A stretch of 63,266 nucleotides of DNA, counting the filler, from Lenisia limosa (taxonomy: Eukaryota > Protista > Breviatea): NCBI GenBank assembly GCA_001655205.1. It is 8 parts of 8 records of this genome, joined end to end, with 100 filler letters (N's around TTAATTAATTAA, not from the genome) between each part and the next. Parts side by side here need not be neighbours in the genome. Positions count along the whole stretch, not along the records: positions 24,627 to 41,171 come from LPNZ01001939.1; positions 41,272 to 56,627 come from LPNZ01008665.1; 6 more parts are not named here. The stretch is one strand, 5' to 3'. The position numbers were made by a program, and so were the translations under genes. The notes below the pieces were generated by a model. It did no database searches. It was not told where the DNA came from and was given only the letters and a program-made list of their open reading frames with translations. Numbering within the stretch: position 1 is the stretch's first letter; each line of letters opens with the position of its first letter. Shown one piece after another: positions 38,132 to 51,400 of this stretch.

Positions 38132-40355
38132 TTAATTGGCCGCACTCCCTCTTGATTTGTCTGAAGCCGTCAAAATACCATCACTTTTAGCCTTGACATT
38201 TGTACTTTTCTCCAGCATTCTTCAGAATACTTCCTATCGTTTACCCCCTCCCAACATACACATAATCCCCCACCCCCCACAGGAAGCCGCCAGGTATAGA
38301 TGTCGGAAAAGCTACGGGGGAGTTCGGCGCTCTAAAGAGTAAAATGAATCAGAACCTTGAATCCTTCCAAAAAGAGCCTTGACACAAAAAGTGGAGTGCT
38401 CCTTCCGGTTCCAAAAAAAGACAAAATTCTCGAATAATCCTCGATATGTATCGTGTCTAACGGAACTGAAAGTGAGGCACAAGAGAGCCCCAGACATCGG
38501 GGATTTTGGCTCTTGGGTCTCATCAACCTCCTCAGACGCATCGTGAAACTCGCCTGTGGGATCTCTGCATCGTAAACTTGCAAATGTTTCCTTTTAAGTA
38601 TGGGACAGAAATCAACACTGAGCAGATAAGATATGGAGTCTGGGTTCTACTGCTTATTTCTCAATGTTATGTGTGTACCTTGGACTGGGGTCCGGAGAGA
38701 CCTCCTTCTTGGAGTTGGCATTATTTTCAGACTTCTTGGAGGGCGACAGCTCCATTGTTGCCTTTGACGATGAAAGAAATCACATGCTGAGTAACCCCCC
38801 ACACATGCTGAGTAACCCCCCACACATGCTGAGTAATCGCAAGGGTGCTATCAAGGAGCTCAGCAAGGCGGTCAGCAGAGGCTTCCCCAGGAACATCTTT
38901 TCAGTGAGAAAAAGAAAAGAAAACAAAAGAAAACAAAAGAAAACAAAATAAAACAAAAAAAAAATAAAACAAAATAAAACAAACAAAATAAAAGAATAAA
39001 AAAAGAAAACAAAAAAAAAGAAAACAAAAACAAAAAAGAAAGATTAAAAAAAGAGCCGAATCGCGGACTCGAACCACGGACCTCACGCTTACTAAGCGTG
39101 CGCACTACCACTATGCTAATCCGGCTTTAAGACCAAGCACATCATTTTTAAACCGGATGCTGAACAAAACAATCGATATTTTTAAAATTATGTTGACTGA
39201 ATGTTTTTCGATAAATACATTTCTTGTACTTTCAAATTATTGTTGACACTAACCCCTTTGATTTTGGCGGTTTTAGCAAGCTAATAACCAGTTTTCGAAA
39301 AAAAGCTCAGTAATTATTAAATCAATTCATAATACATATCAACCAAATTTGAACGACGGAAAATGATCATATTTTCAGCTATTCCCCATTCTTTGAAATA
39401 TTTCATATATTTTCCATTTTTTTTTTGTATTTTTTCTATTGACAAATTACTACATAATGAAAACGGCAATGTTACTTTCGCAAAGAAAAAAAGAAGAAGA
39501 CATGGCGACTATGGAGGAGGTAGCCAAAAGAGGTTGTAAAAAGGGCTCTTTAAAAGAACAAAACGAACAAAGAGGAGGCAGTATTTTTCGTGCATCTTAA
39601 GAGGAAAACAAGAATCTTGTTGACGCTCCAAACTGTTTCTGATAGTCTTACCCATAATAATATGTCCTTTTTCGCTGCGAATTCTTTTTCAGCACACAAA
39701 GAAATAATGGGGAAGTAAGTTTTAATGTGTTTTGCGCGGGTCAGAAGAGGCGGAGGGGCGAAGAGAGATAAAAAGGGAACGAAAACTTGATCCTAGGACA
39801 GTTCAGTTCATTTAATTTGATTAGATTCACGGGTTTCTATTTTCTTCGTTTCGCCTTTGTCATTTATGCTAATGACAGTATTATTATGTTAACTGGCAGT
39901 AATAAATGGTTACTATGACACATCTGAGTCGAATCTTCAGCTCGTGTGCCCCTTTTCCCTCTTTCAAACTTGATTTAGTTCTAACACTGTACATATAAGA
40001 GAAAAAGAAAAGCTGCAAAATCAATCATTCCTCGGAAAATTTAACGACTGCCAATAAACTGAACTGTTCATCCGAAAAAGTGCAACCTACCCCATTTATT
40101 TATCCCCTAGAGGCAACTTAAGAGATTGATTTCTTTCCTTCCACTCACATCTTGAAGTTCTTGAAACTCCAATTACCAAGTACCCGGTAACCCTGATTTT
40201 CGTGTTTGGCTTTTTTGCTTGACACAAGTCATTATAGTGAAATTGACAAACTGTTTTATTATTTTTTTCCTTACTCGACTTTGGTGAAATTTCACATTAT
40301 TTGGATTAAATAAGAAGCTTACGCTCGCATGGGCCGAAATACCCAAGAGATGAGA
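38132..40355 (-). CDS. Hypothetical multi-exon protein, 5' end uncertain
   Basis: Exons GYRVLGNWSFKNFK, DVPGEASADRLAELLDSTLAITQH, MELSPSKKSENN, EFHDASEEVDETQEPKSP, last ...DKSRGSAAN*. Confidence 0.4.
38396..38480. mobile_element. MITE family 1 copy (diverged)
   Basis: GGTTCCAAAAAAAGAC..AATAATCCTCGATA..GTCTAACGGAAC. Confidence 0.5.
38781..38838. repeat. 21-bp tandem repeat, ~2.7 copies
   Basis: CACATGCTGAGTAACCCCCCA units. Confidence 0.9.
38910..39052. repeat. (AAAAC/AAAAG/AAAAT)n A-rich tract
   Basis: Visible low-complexity run directly downstream of the tRNA. Confidence 0.9.
39054..39125 (-). tRNA. tRNA-Thr (AGT)
   Basis: 72-nt cloverleaf GCCGGAT..ATTCGGC acceptor stem, anticodon arm CACGC-TT-AGT-AA-GCGTG, T-loop GGTTCGAGTCC, T-run Pol III terminator immediately 3'. 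Confidence 0.95.
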
Positions 40356-40984
40356 TGCTGGAGGGAAGAAGAAAAAAAAAAAAAAAAAAAAAANNNNNNN
40401 NNNNNNNNNNNNNNNNNNNNNNNNNNNNNNNNNNNNNNNNNNNNNNNNNNNNNNNNNNNNNNNNNNNNNNNNNNNNNNNNNNNNNNNNNNNNNNNNNNNN
40501 NNNNNNNNNNNNNNNNNNTTTTAGCTTTCATTTTCAAATTCGATGGTGAACTAAAACAGTGATTTTTCAATTTTTCTCCAAGTGCCCGCCACGTCACCAG
40601 AAGTGATCATCATCCCGCCGACTCGCTCAGTCCGTTTGCCCGCTGCCCAGACCAATTGGCCCAGACCACCGCCCCACTCCAGAAGAGATCACCCTCCCTC
40701 CAGTCCGTCCCCGTCCACTCCGCCGCCGCTCTCCTATGTATTTTTTTATCTTTGTTTTCTGAATGTTGTCCTTTCAAAATTCTCATGTCCTTTCAAAAAA
40801 ATTCAAAAAAATTCTCATGTTCCAATTAAACGTTTTTCTACACTTGCCCAGGAATTAAACCACCTGTTCTCTGAAGAGAGCCTGTCAAAGGGCAAGCAGC
40901 AGGAGTTGGCTACTCTTGCACATGCACCCATCACATTGTACGTTTTCGTCTTTGTCAGCACTAGCCATGTTCCTTTTTAGATTC

Positions 40985-41171
40985 CTTGACCTCTCCCGCG
41001 CCGCCTCCGACCCCGGATACCCACGGACTTTGACTTTACCCTCGCCAGGGGAGTCATCTCGGGCAACCTCACCACCCACCCGATCATGAACTTCCATGGC
41101 CCCACATGTCCGTCGTTCCGGGAATACCTGGCGTACCTCACCTCTAATCATCTCACCAACCTCACCTTTAT
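40985..41171 (+). repeat. C-rich coding-like repeat, copy A (probable retroelement fragment)
   Basis: Closely similar to 61215-61400; cut by contig end. Confidence 0.7.
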
Positions 41172-41271
41172 NNNNNNNNNNNNNNNNNNNNNNNNNNNNN
41201 NNNNNNNNNNNNNNNTTAATTAATTAANNNNNNNNNNNNNNNNNNNNNNNNNNNNNNNNNNNNNNNNNNNN
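41172..41271. other. Artificial contig spacer
   Basis: 44 N + TTAATTAATTAA + 44 N. Confidence 0.97.
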
Positions 41272-41358
41272 GGGAAAAGAAGGAAAAGAGGGGGAAAGAA
41301 GGAAAAGAAGGAAAATTTTTATGACACAAAAAATCCTTCCCAACTCTGCATAAAATAT

Positions 41359-41565
41359 TAGAGCTCCGGGCAATTAATATTAATAAAATATTAATATCAA
41401 AATATTAATATAATATTTCTTGAAGCAAAAAAAGTCATAATAATAATTAATGTGAATATTAATACATAAATATTAACATTGATAATAATATTTAATACAT
41501 ATCATATTAAGTAATAAAATATTAATTATTAATATTAATATTAATATTAATTGCCCGGAGCTCTA
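41359..41565. mobile_element. hAT-type MITE family 2, 207 bp, AT-rich core
   Basis: Perfect 27-bp TIR TAGAGCTCCGGGCAATTAATATTAATA; 8-bp TSD TAAAATAT (41351-41358 / 41566-41573). Confidence 0.9.
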
Positions 41566-41577
41566 TAAAATATGGCA

Positions 41578-42110
41578 TCCTACCCCAGCCAAGGCGTTAG
41601 TGATATCGGCCTGCCCGGCACCGTAGCCCTTTTTTCCCGGTCCCTGCCCTGGCATAGGCATTACAAAGGCTCCTGGCGGCGGTTTGAACCGCTTCTTTGG
41701 CGCTTCAACTTCAAGCATTAGTTTGACAACGGGGTAGTAGCAAAAAATGAAAGATTCAAGAGGTTGAGCAACTCGAAAGAGCAAACACAGCCCACCTTCC
41801 ACCACTTCCGGTGTCATATCGCGGCCAACTGCACACTAAAGAAGTCATCTCCAGAACTGGCAACAAAAAACAGGCAAACATAGGTCTATTTCCCCATCCG
41901 TTTAACATTATTTTCGCAATACCGTGAAACATACTTGAGATTTTGACGTTGTTGGCCGCCTCCTGGCAGGGCCTTTGGGCCGCTAGATCGGTCAAAAGTT
42001 GAAACGTTAGATGGAGAGAGTGAAGGCGTGGGTGAGCAACAAAACACTAAAATCTACCCACACTCCCATTCTAAACTATTTTCAAACCTTATGCATTGAA
42101 GATGGCGAGC
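41578..42110 (-). CDS. Hypothetical protein fragment (Pro-rich, RPKGPARRRP motif), 3'-partial
   Basis: Three to four GT-AG exons: RPKGPARRRPTTSKSQ, MTPEVVE, VEAPKKRFKPPPGAFVMPMPG..ITNALAG; divergent from IFT140. Confidence 0.4.
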
Positions 42111-42481
42111 TAAAGATGGTTATACACCCTAAATTCAAAACTGCCAAACCTCATTCTGAAGCTCCCACGTCAACCTTTCTCCTTCAGTTATTATAACGCT
42201 AGTTACACATAACAAATCCGAAAGAGAACTTCTGAAATTTACTCTGCCCTTTTCTTTCATTTTTATCGATATTTTTCGGATAATTTATCGAATGTTTAAG
42301 TTCACAAATTTTTGTCCGTAAAAAAATCGTTAGTTTTAGTTACTAGTGTTTAGTAAAGTGTGTATATTTATAGTTTGAGATATTTAAAATCAAATAATGG
42401 TATAGTTGAACAGTTTTCGCCTTCCATTCTCAGTAGTTGGAGCCCTCCCCCCTAAAGATCCAATAAAGGAAGAGAAAAACA

Positions 42482-45400
42482 ATGTTTTTCGCATATAAGG
42501 CCAAAGCGCCTGAGCCAGGTTTGTTCCCTCTTTTGAGGTCGGGTTTGATATTCTAGCCCGGACACTATGCATTGCCTGGTCGAAAGACGAAGGACAGTCC
42601 GTGGTTGCAGTTGCCACTGACAACGGCAAAGTCAACATATATCAAGATGAGGTTTGGTTGGAGTACCACACTTGTCAAGAGTGTGGCAGTATCTCGTCTC
42701 TTCTTCCTTAACAGTTATTATCAATGACCGTTTTAACGGGCTTTTCTGATGGATTAGGGCGAGCTGGTTGAGGAAGTCGACATCTCGCGCAGTTGCGATG
42801 TCAACGCAATGGAGTGGCACCCGAACAAAAAGATTCTGGCCATTGGCTGGGACGATGGTGGGGCTAACGGTCCTCAGAGCTGAATCTGACTAAAGTGAAA
42901 TAGATAAAAAAAAACTTGTTTTGTCATTTCTATGAATATGTTCTTATAATAAACCTGCGTATGGTTGTGGAGCCAAGATTGACTGCTTACCTTCAGGAAC
43001 TGTGTCGACATGGGCTGATTCTGAGAAGCTACTTCGAAGCGACTCCCGGGCCCATGGCAGAGGAAGGTGGGAGCGCTTGAGTATATCTCATCTTGAGATG
43101 CCCTCGATATATATCAATATCTTTATCGAACTGATCTGTTTGAGCCTCAAGAATTTTATACTCTTTTACCGACAATTTTTTTTGAAAAAATAATACACTG
43201 TGCGATTCGTTTTATGCTCTTCCAGAATCACATCACTGACCTGGTCTCCCGGGGGATCCATTCTCGTGTCTGGTGACAATGTGAGTCTGCTTCTGTGGTA
43301 AATGAAATTTCGATTTTACCCTTGACAGCGTTATTTTGAGCCCTTTAGCTTGAGTGGTGCTCTTTGTTTCTTTTATTCAAAAGTGTTTACTTTCCATTTA
43401 CATACATCCCGTATACACGTAGCATTAGCCAACGATTTTGAACATTTCCAGATCTCTGACAGATCTTTGAGAGAGTAATCTTGGGGGGGGGGGGTTCACC
43501 CTCGAAAAGGCTGTCAAGGGGAGAGAACTCTGACAGATATCCCAAAACTATGTCAAAGCCGTCTGGCATGAGCGTCTATTTACTTCTTCAGAGGGGCCGC
43601 GTGATGAACTGGAAAGTCGACACCCGAGGCAGGCTTACCGACAGTCACACCTTCACCGTCAATGTGAGCCTTGGGCACTTCATGACACACCTCCTATTAC
43701 CCCTTCTATTAGACCGAAGTGAATGAAATTGCACATCTTTCTTGATTGCATCCTGTGTGTTTTTGCTTTCTATGGGTTACAATTTTTTGGGTAGTTTCTT
43801 TATTTCTTTGTTTCCTCTTGTGTACTTCAAATATTTAGCCAATAAAGGTGATTTGTATTATTTCATCGTCTCCCCAGAGCTCCGTGACCCACCTGCAATA
43901 CCGAGTGGACGTTGCTGCCGATAATACACCTTCAATCCTCAGGGCAGAGTATGCCTGGTTGTGATTCATATGGGGAATGCCAAAACACTTTTCTTATCAC
44001 TATTAAGTCCATTAGATAGTCCAACTAAACCTAAATCATTAGAACAAAGCTTGGGCCAAACTTCCATATATTCAGAGCCTGACGTTTCAGGACCATTCCC
44101 CCCATTATTGTTGCTGACGAACGCGGTTCATTGTACTTCGCTCCTCATGGACCAAATTTCAGAGAATTGACTAATTTCGTGAGTGACTTCAATTGAGCTT
44201 TTTTTTATATAATATATAATCTTGCCCACTCCATTCACCTGTAACAATACAGTCGTCTCCGCTGACAGCCCTTCTTTATGCGCCGAACTCATCATCATTG
44301 ATCGCAGTCACCAGTGACCTGGCAATGATCCATTTGACATTGGATGCTGATGGCAAGGCCACTCACAACCTGAAGGTTTGTCACTTAATTCTTTTTTTAC
44401 GAGATAGCCTATAACTTCTTCCAAATTCTACTTATGCAGATATTATGTTTAACGATTCAGGTGAAGCTGGCTGTTGGTTTCTCAAACGCTACCATCCAAC
44501 AAGCTGTTTTTGCTGGTATGATCTTACATCATTTATTCATACACTGTAGTTTTGGATAAACCATAATTAGGGTTTCCCTACTGTCGGAAAAAGACCGTTA
44601 AAACATCGATATTTATCGAGTATTGTTCGAGAAATTCAGTTTTTTTGGGACCGTAAGGAAGCCCTCAATACATGCATAAATGCCAAATGCTGGATACTAA
44701 TTCTCCAAACATATATGATATTATATGCTGTCCACACTATGCCCAGATTTAATGTGCCCTATCTTGGACCAGTAACATGGACCAGGGGACGGATGTCTTG
44801 CATACGTGTCGAGTGAGCGTAACGTCCGCGTGTGGAACCTCAATCATGACCTTGCTTTCACCCTGGACCTCCCAGGTGGGTCTGGCCTAAATGGACACAT
44901 ATTATGATTTTGTTTGCTTGGAATGTTAGTCTTCAGTGTAATCTTGTAATAAATTAAGATTGTCTTAACTCAAATACTAATAATTCAGGAGACAACACAG
45001 ACGACCAGATCGGCTGTTTGACTTTCAATGAAAAGAGCCAGCTTCTTGCGGGTAGGCCCGATTCATTGTGATCTCTAACCTTTCAGCCGGAACGGCCTCT
45101 GGTGATATAGTTATGTGGCAACTCGCAACCCCACCGGACAACTCCCCTATTGATGATGAAGCTTTTTCGGTTTGTTACAAACACTGCTCCTTAAACCCAG
45201 TGTCCGCCTTTACTGAGTAACCGCTTAGATTGTTTCAACAACCCACATAGAATCTCCCATCTATGCGCTTCAATGGGGTATGTTCATGTGAAATAGAAAC
45301 AAAATTGTACAAAGGGGCACAGACTGATTCTCACAGGTCCCGCCAACGACATTCTTGGTGCTGCACTGGAATCTGAAATGGTGGTCGTAGCGCGTGCACG

Positions 45401-48400
45401 CCAATCTGTTGCGTGCTCAAACCGTATCGCTGCTATCCAGACCGGACCTAATCAGTTTATTGTCGAGGCTTTTGTCAAGGTTAGCTCCAGTTCAGTTCAG
45501 TTCAGTTCATTTGAATTACATCTGACCCTCAGGACGCGGCGGCGGGAGCAAGGCGTCAATATGTCCAGGCCGGGTTGAAGATCAAGGGCATTGCCATGGC
45601 GGATCCTGAACCGCTGCATTGCGCATGTTGGTCCGGACACCGTGTGGAGNNNNNNNNNNNNNNNNNNNNNNNNNNNNNNNNNNNNNNNNNNNNNNNNNNN
45701 NNNNNNNNNNNNNNNNNNNNNNNNNNNNNNNNNNNNNNNNNNNNNNNNNNNNNNNNNNNNNNCACACTGATTCAGTTTCATAGATATCATGTTATGAGGA
45801 CAGGAATCTATTTCTCTTTTTTAGTAGTCCTCATGACCCTCGCAGCATCCGGTCCGGTCCAGGCTGAGAGTTGCTTCGTCTCCAATGCCACTGCTGTCGC
45901 TATTCACGGTTGGCAGGGACAATACAAATCAAAATCAAAGTTGACAGAGTACACAAGAATCGTAGCTGGTTGAAGGAAACTTCAGTGATATGATAAGATC
46001 GTGATCTTTGTGTTGATATTCACCTATTGCTTTGTCTTGGATACCTACCCCCACCATAGAAATATCCTTTTTTTTTTTTTTTTTTTNNNNNNNNNNNNNN
46101 NNNNNNNNNNNNNNNNNNNNNNNNNNNNNNNNNNNNNNNNNNNNNNNNNNNNNNNNNNNNNNNNNNNNNNNNNNNNNNNNNNNNNNNNNNNNNNNATATA
46201 TATATCATCATGTATATATATTTTTTTTTTTATATTTAATGTTCTCCTGCGCTTATCGTCTTAGGGGAATCAATGTACCTCTGCAACGGAAACAAGGTGG
46301 ATGTCACGAACCTTCAGGGCGTGGTCAAGCAGACCCTTGCGTTCACTGATGCCGAGGGAAGACCCGTGATTTTGTCCACTTCCGGCAACTACATGGTCGT
46401 CATCACCAATAGCGGTAGGACCACTGCTTATTCCAGGATTGACCAATCAAGAAAAATCTAGTAGATTTGTTTTCTTTTATAGCCTTATCCTGTGTATAAC
46501 CCCCTTTTTTTTCACCATCTGCAGGTTTCCTGAAGCTCTACGACCTTTCGAGGAGAGACGTACGGCCGAAGATGTCGGGAAAACGCTTGGCAACTAGCGC
46601 CAGGAAAGGTTGGGAACACCCTCATGCCTTCCATGAATTCCTCACAAACTTTGATGCATTCTACAATTCCTCACAAAACCTTATACAAAATGATTAGTGG
46701 TGAGGGAAATTGTAGTATTTTTGCGGTTTAAACCGGGCAAATAGTCCTGAAACTAGCTGTATATTCATTCTACTACTCTGTGCAATTGCTGTTTTTGAAG
46801 AAATTAGTTGACAATTTGAAATGAAAATGTCTGAATTTTTACAATACGCCTCACTCGGATTCCTAATTCACTTCTGATATTTCAGGTCCGTCAAGTACCA
46901 CAATTGGTCACGTGACTGCCTGTCATATCAACTCCGATGCAAGCAGAATCCTTCTTCAGTCCGAAGTCCACGTGCCTGGAACGGCAAGGTGGGGGGGGGG
47001 GCAATAATTGTGATGATCTAATGGTGGTATTCTATTGATGTTATGATGTGATGGTGATGTTGGATTTATTGACTGGCATCTCATAATTTTTAAACACAAG
47101 GAGGGGGGTAAATATATTGATGTTATGATGGTGATGTTGGATTTATTGAGGGGGGAGGGCACATTGGTAATTTAGATAGGGTTGGAGTTTTACAGTTTTA
47201 GATCAGTACCCGACACTCGAATCCATGTCTACCATTGCGACCTTGATATGGGTATGGGGGGGGGGGGCANNNNNNNNNNNNNNNNNNNNNNNNNNNNNNN
47301 NNNNNNNNNNNNNNNNNNNNNNNNNNNNNNNNNNNNNNNNNNNNNNNNNNNNNNNNNNNNNNNNNNNNNNNNNNNNNNNNNNNNNNNNNNNNNNNNNNNN
47401 NNNNNNNNNNNNNNNNNNNNNNNNNNNTCAGCAATATAAGCAATATAATAGGGCTTCGTACCAAAATGACCGGTAAAACGTCGATAATTATCGAGGATTT
47501 ATCAGAAAAATCGGTCTTTTTTGAGACCGCAGAGAAGCCCGAATCAAATACAATATTAAAAGTCTAATACTCGCAGTTGAGTCCTTTGACTTTGAGCCCG
47601 TGGGACATGAAGTGGTACTGTCGTCTTGGGACCGCACCGAACCGAAGCTCTTTGCCGTTATGACTAAACCAGTCAACTCCTTGCCTAATGTGAGGTTCTG
47701 GACTGAACAGTCCACCAATACGAAACTATATCATATATGCTGTTAGGCTTAAAAAGAGCAGCAGGTTTAGATATATTAATATTGTGAAGCCGACATAAAG
47801 TATCATATGACAAGTCCACCGTTATTAATACCGAAGGAGACCGGCTATCGGGTGACTTCGTTGTTCTCTACTCCTGAACAGGGCATTTTGGAACAGTCAT
47901 CGCAAGCCATGGAGGCACCAAACAACTCGCTTCTTGCCTTGGACGTCCCTTTCTTCCTCACTGTTGCTCTTGATGATGGTGCGTGGACCTTTATACAGTG
48001 AATATGCTGTTTTGCAATTTCATACATATATTTTCCAGCTATTGAGTCGTACGGCAAATGATTGATGCTATGATCTAATATCTCTTATAAGCGNNNNNNN
48101 NNNNNNNNNNNNNNNNNNNNNNNNNNNNNNNNNNNNNNNNNNNNNNNNNNNNNNNNNNNNNNNNNNNNNNNNNNNNNNNNNNNNNNNNNNNNNNNNNNNN
48201 NNNNNNNNNNCAGTAGAACGCGACCCTCCTGGGCCGTACCTCTCGCACATGGCGATGAAGGACATTATCGGCATGATGGAAGCCGACAGTGACTCCAGAT
48301 CGGCGATGGTCGACTTCTCCTACTACCTTACTACTGGTGAGTGCGGTGCTGTGGGTTGATTGGATCTATAAGGACTTTACTCCAGTGAAAATAAACTATC

Positions 48401-51400
48401 GAAACATAGCGATGATTCATCGAGTGAAGCCGTTGATTTTACTGTAATACAGGGCAAATGGACGAGGCGTTCCGAAGTGTAAAGCTGGTCAAGGACGCGA
48501 CTGTGTGGGAGAACATGGCCCGTATGTGCGTCAAGGTCGGTCGCGNNNNNNNNNNNNNNNNNNNNNNNNNNNNNNNNNNNNNNNNNNNNNNNNNNNNNNN
48601 NNNNNNNNNNNNNNNNNNNNNNNNNNNNNNNNNNNNNNNNNNNNNNNNNNNNNNNNNNNNNNNNNNNNAATTTTCGATTTTACTCGGATCGTGATTAGTA
48701 CCTTTGTTCGGATCGTTTTACTCTTTCCAATTTTACCGTCCTGCCCAGACACGGCGTCTTGACGTGGCTGAGGTTTGCCTTGCCAACATGGGACATGCCC
48801 GGGCCGTGAAGGCGCTAAAGAAGGTCCAAGAAGCGGGGGGTGATGAGGAGGCCCAGGTAAGAGGGGGGTGATGGAAACATTTTGAATTAACAATGATGCT
48901 ATAATGATGTGATAGTGATGTGAGATATATTGCGGGGGTGTGTAATTGAACTGGAAAGTTGACGTTTTTAGATAAGTCGGCTTGCCCTTGAGCTTGGCAT
49001 GGTTGATGAAGCATTGGAGTCCTTCGAGAGACAGGGCGAATGGGCCCTTGTCAACACCGTCAATCAGGCTGCCGGCAGATGGGATGCCGCATTGAAGGTG
49101 CGGTCGAATGATTCGGTGATGATGAATGTTGATAATGATGATGAGTGTTAGTCATGATGAGTGTTAATGATGATGTTATCATTGATGATGAGTATTGTGA
49201 CAGTCTAGGTTGCCGATACACAGGACCGCATTCACTTGAGGGTTACATGGCACAGGTACGCTCTTGAACTGGAAGCTGCCAATCAGGTATGATGGCCAAG
49301 ATTACTCCTGGGAATNNNNNNNNNNNNNNNNNNNNNNNNNNNNNNNNNNNNNNNNNNNNNNNNNNNNNNNNNNNNNNNNNNNNNNNNNNNNNNNNNNNNN
49401 NNNNNNNNNNNNNNNNNNNNNNNNNNNNNAGGGCTGCACAACGAGCTTGACGTGGGTGTTTTGGGAGTATTACTTAGGCTTCCCTACGGTCACAAAAAAA
49501 GACTGAATTCTCGATAAATATCGATATTCTATAGAGCTTTTTCGGACCGTTTGGAAGCCCCGGGTACTCACGACAACCTTTTTGAAAACATCGGTATTGT
49601 CCTTAAGACTAAGGAATCCCCACGTAAAAGACTGGTAAAATATCAATATTTATCTATCGAGAAATTCCCTGATTGTGTCTCAGACCTATGTGCACAAGAA
49701 CAATGACCCGGAACTGCTGAAATGGTGGGCGCAATACGCTGAAGGGAGCGGAGAGTTCACCCAGGCGGCTGCCGACTACACCACTGCTAAGGTGAAGGGG
49801 GGGGGGGGGNNNNNNNNNNNNNNNNNNNNNNNNNNNNNNNNNNNNNNNNNNNNNNNNNNNNNNNNNNNNNNNNNNNNNNNNNNNNNNNNNNNNNNNTTGT
49901 GACCTCTTAGGACTGGGTGTCTCTTGTGCGTATTCACTGTTTGTCTCAAAACTTTGAAGAGGTGAGGGTCCTGGGGTGGCTCTTCATTATGTTGCTTCAT
50001 CAATCTATGTCTTACTTAAAAGCTCTGTTTATAGGACTCCTTGAGATGAATCTGTTTTTATATGATTAGATACTCTACTTCAAATTTTACATTTTAATTA
50101 ATTATACAGATCCTATCTTTTTATCATACACAGTAGTTCCTGACCTCTCCCCCCCAGGCCCAGAAAGTGGTGGAACAAAGCGCGTCTCCTGCGGCGGCGT
50201 ACCACATGGCTCGACAACTCGAGGCGCTGGATAGACATGAGGAGGCCCTGGAGTTCTATGCACTATCGGTGGGCTGCTGGGGGGAGTGGAGCTGTGGTGG
50301 AAGTGGAAGTGAAGCGGAAGTGGGAGTGATGTTGCGCGGTGGAGAGGATCTTATTGTTTCAGAAAAATCCAGAGATGGGGTAGAAGGTGAAGATTTCAAT
50401 TGTTGTTGTTGACGCAGTAGGGACGCTTCCACCATGCACTGCGTCTGGCCAAGGACCTCGGCAACCTGGGTAAACTCTACACTTTGGCGCTCCAGGTCTG
50501 ACATATCCTGCTGCTTTCTTGGATTATTCATATTATTAATATTAGTATTTTTTTAAAAAAACAATTTTGATTCTATTGATGTTATTGATGCAACAGGCCC
50601 CTCCCAACATGAAGTCATTGGCGGCGGAAACGTTCCTCGAAGAAGGTGATGTTGAGAAGGTAGGTACTTGCCTTATTTAGAAAGGCCCTCAACTGGCATT
50701 CTCTGAACTTATTAGGCTGTGTTCCTCTTCCATAAGGGCGGAGATCTTGCTAAGGTTTGCATTGGNNNNNNNNNNNNNNNNNNNNNNNNNNNNNNNNNNN
50801 NNNNNNNNNNNNNNNNNNNNNNNNNNNNNNNNNNNNNNNNNNNNNNNNNNNNNNNNNNNNNNNNNNNNNNNNNNNNNNNCTTTTTGATTTGTTTCTGAGA
50901 TAGGGAATTGAGGAAGGCATTAGAGTTGTACACATAACAATAGAACAAGGCTCTCATCATCCATCATGCTCACCCCCAAGGCTGCTACACTGTGTTTTGA
51001 GAATGATCTCTTTGATCACCTTGCTGCTGTGTCCCTTGATCTGTCTGTTGACTCCGATCCCGTTCTCATTGAAAGTGGGCTTCTTTGGAGGAATGCAAGA
51101 ATATTGGTTTAAGCTCCCCCCCCCCCCCCNNNNNNNNNNNNNNNNNNNNNNNNNNNNNNNNNNNNNNNNNNNNNNNNNNNNNNNNNNNNNNNNNNNNNNN
51201 NNNNNNNNNNNNNNNNNNNNNNNNNNNNNNNNNNNNNNNNNNNNNNNNNNNNNCTTTGTCATTCAGTAACCCTCCAGGAATATCGGACTTCTTCGTTGAC
51301 TGTGCTCAATTTGAGAAGGCTGTCAACCTCTTGGTTGCTACTAAACAGTGGGCACCACCAAGGCTTGACCAGATCGCTCATAATTAAACAGGGCTACAGA

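Noticed and set aside
38872-39126. tRNA-derived SINE with simple-repeat tail
   Set aside because: Cloverleaf is intact with no body sequence between tRNA and terminator; single copy here
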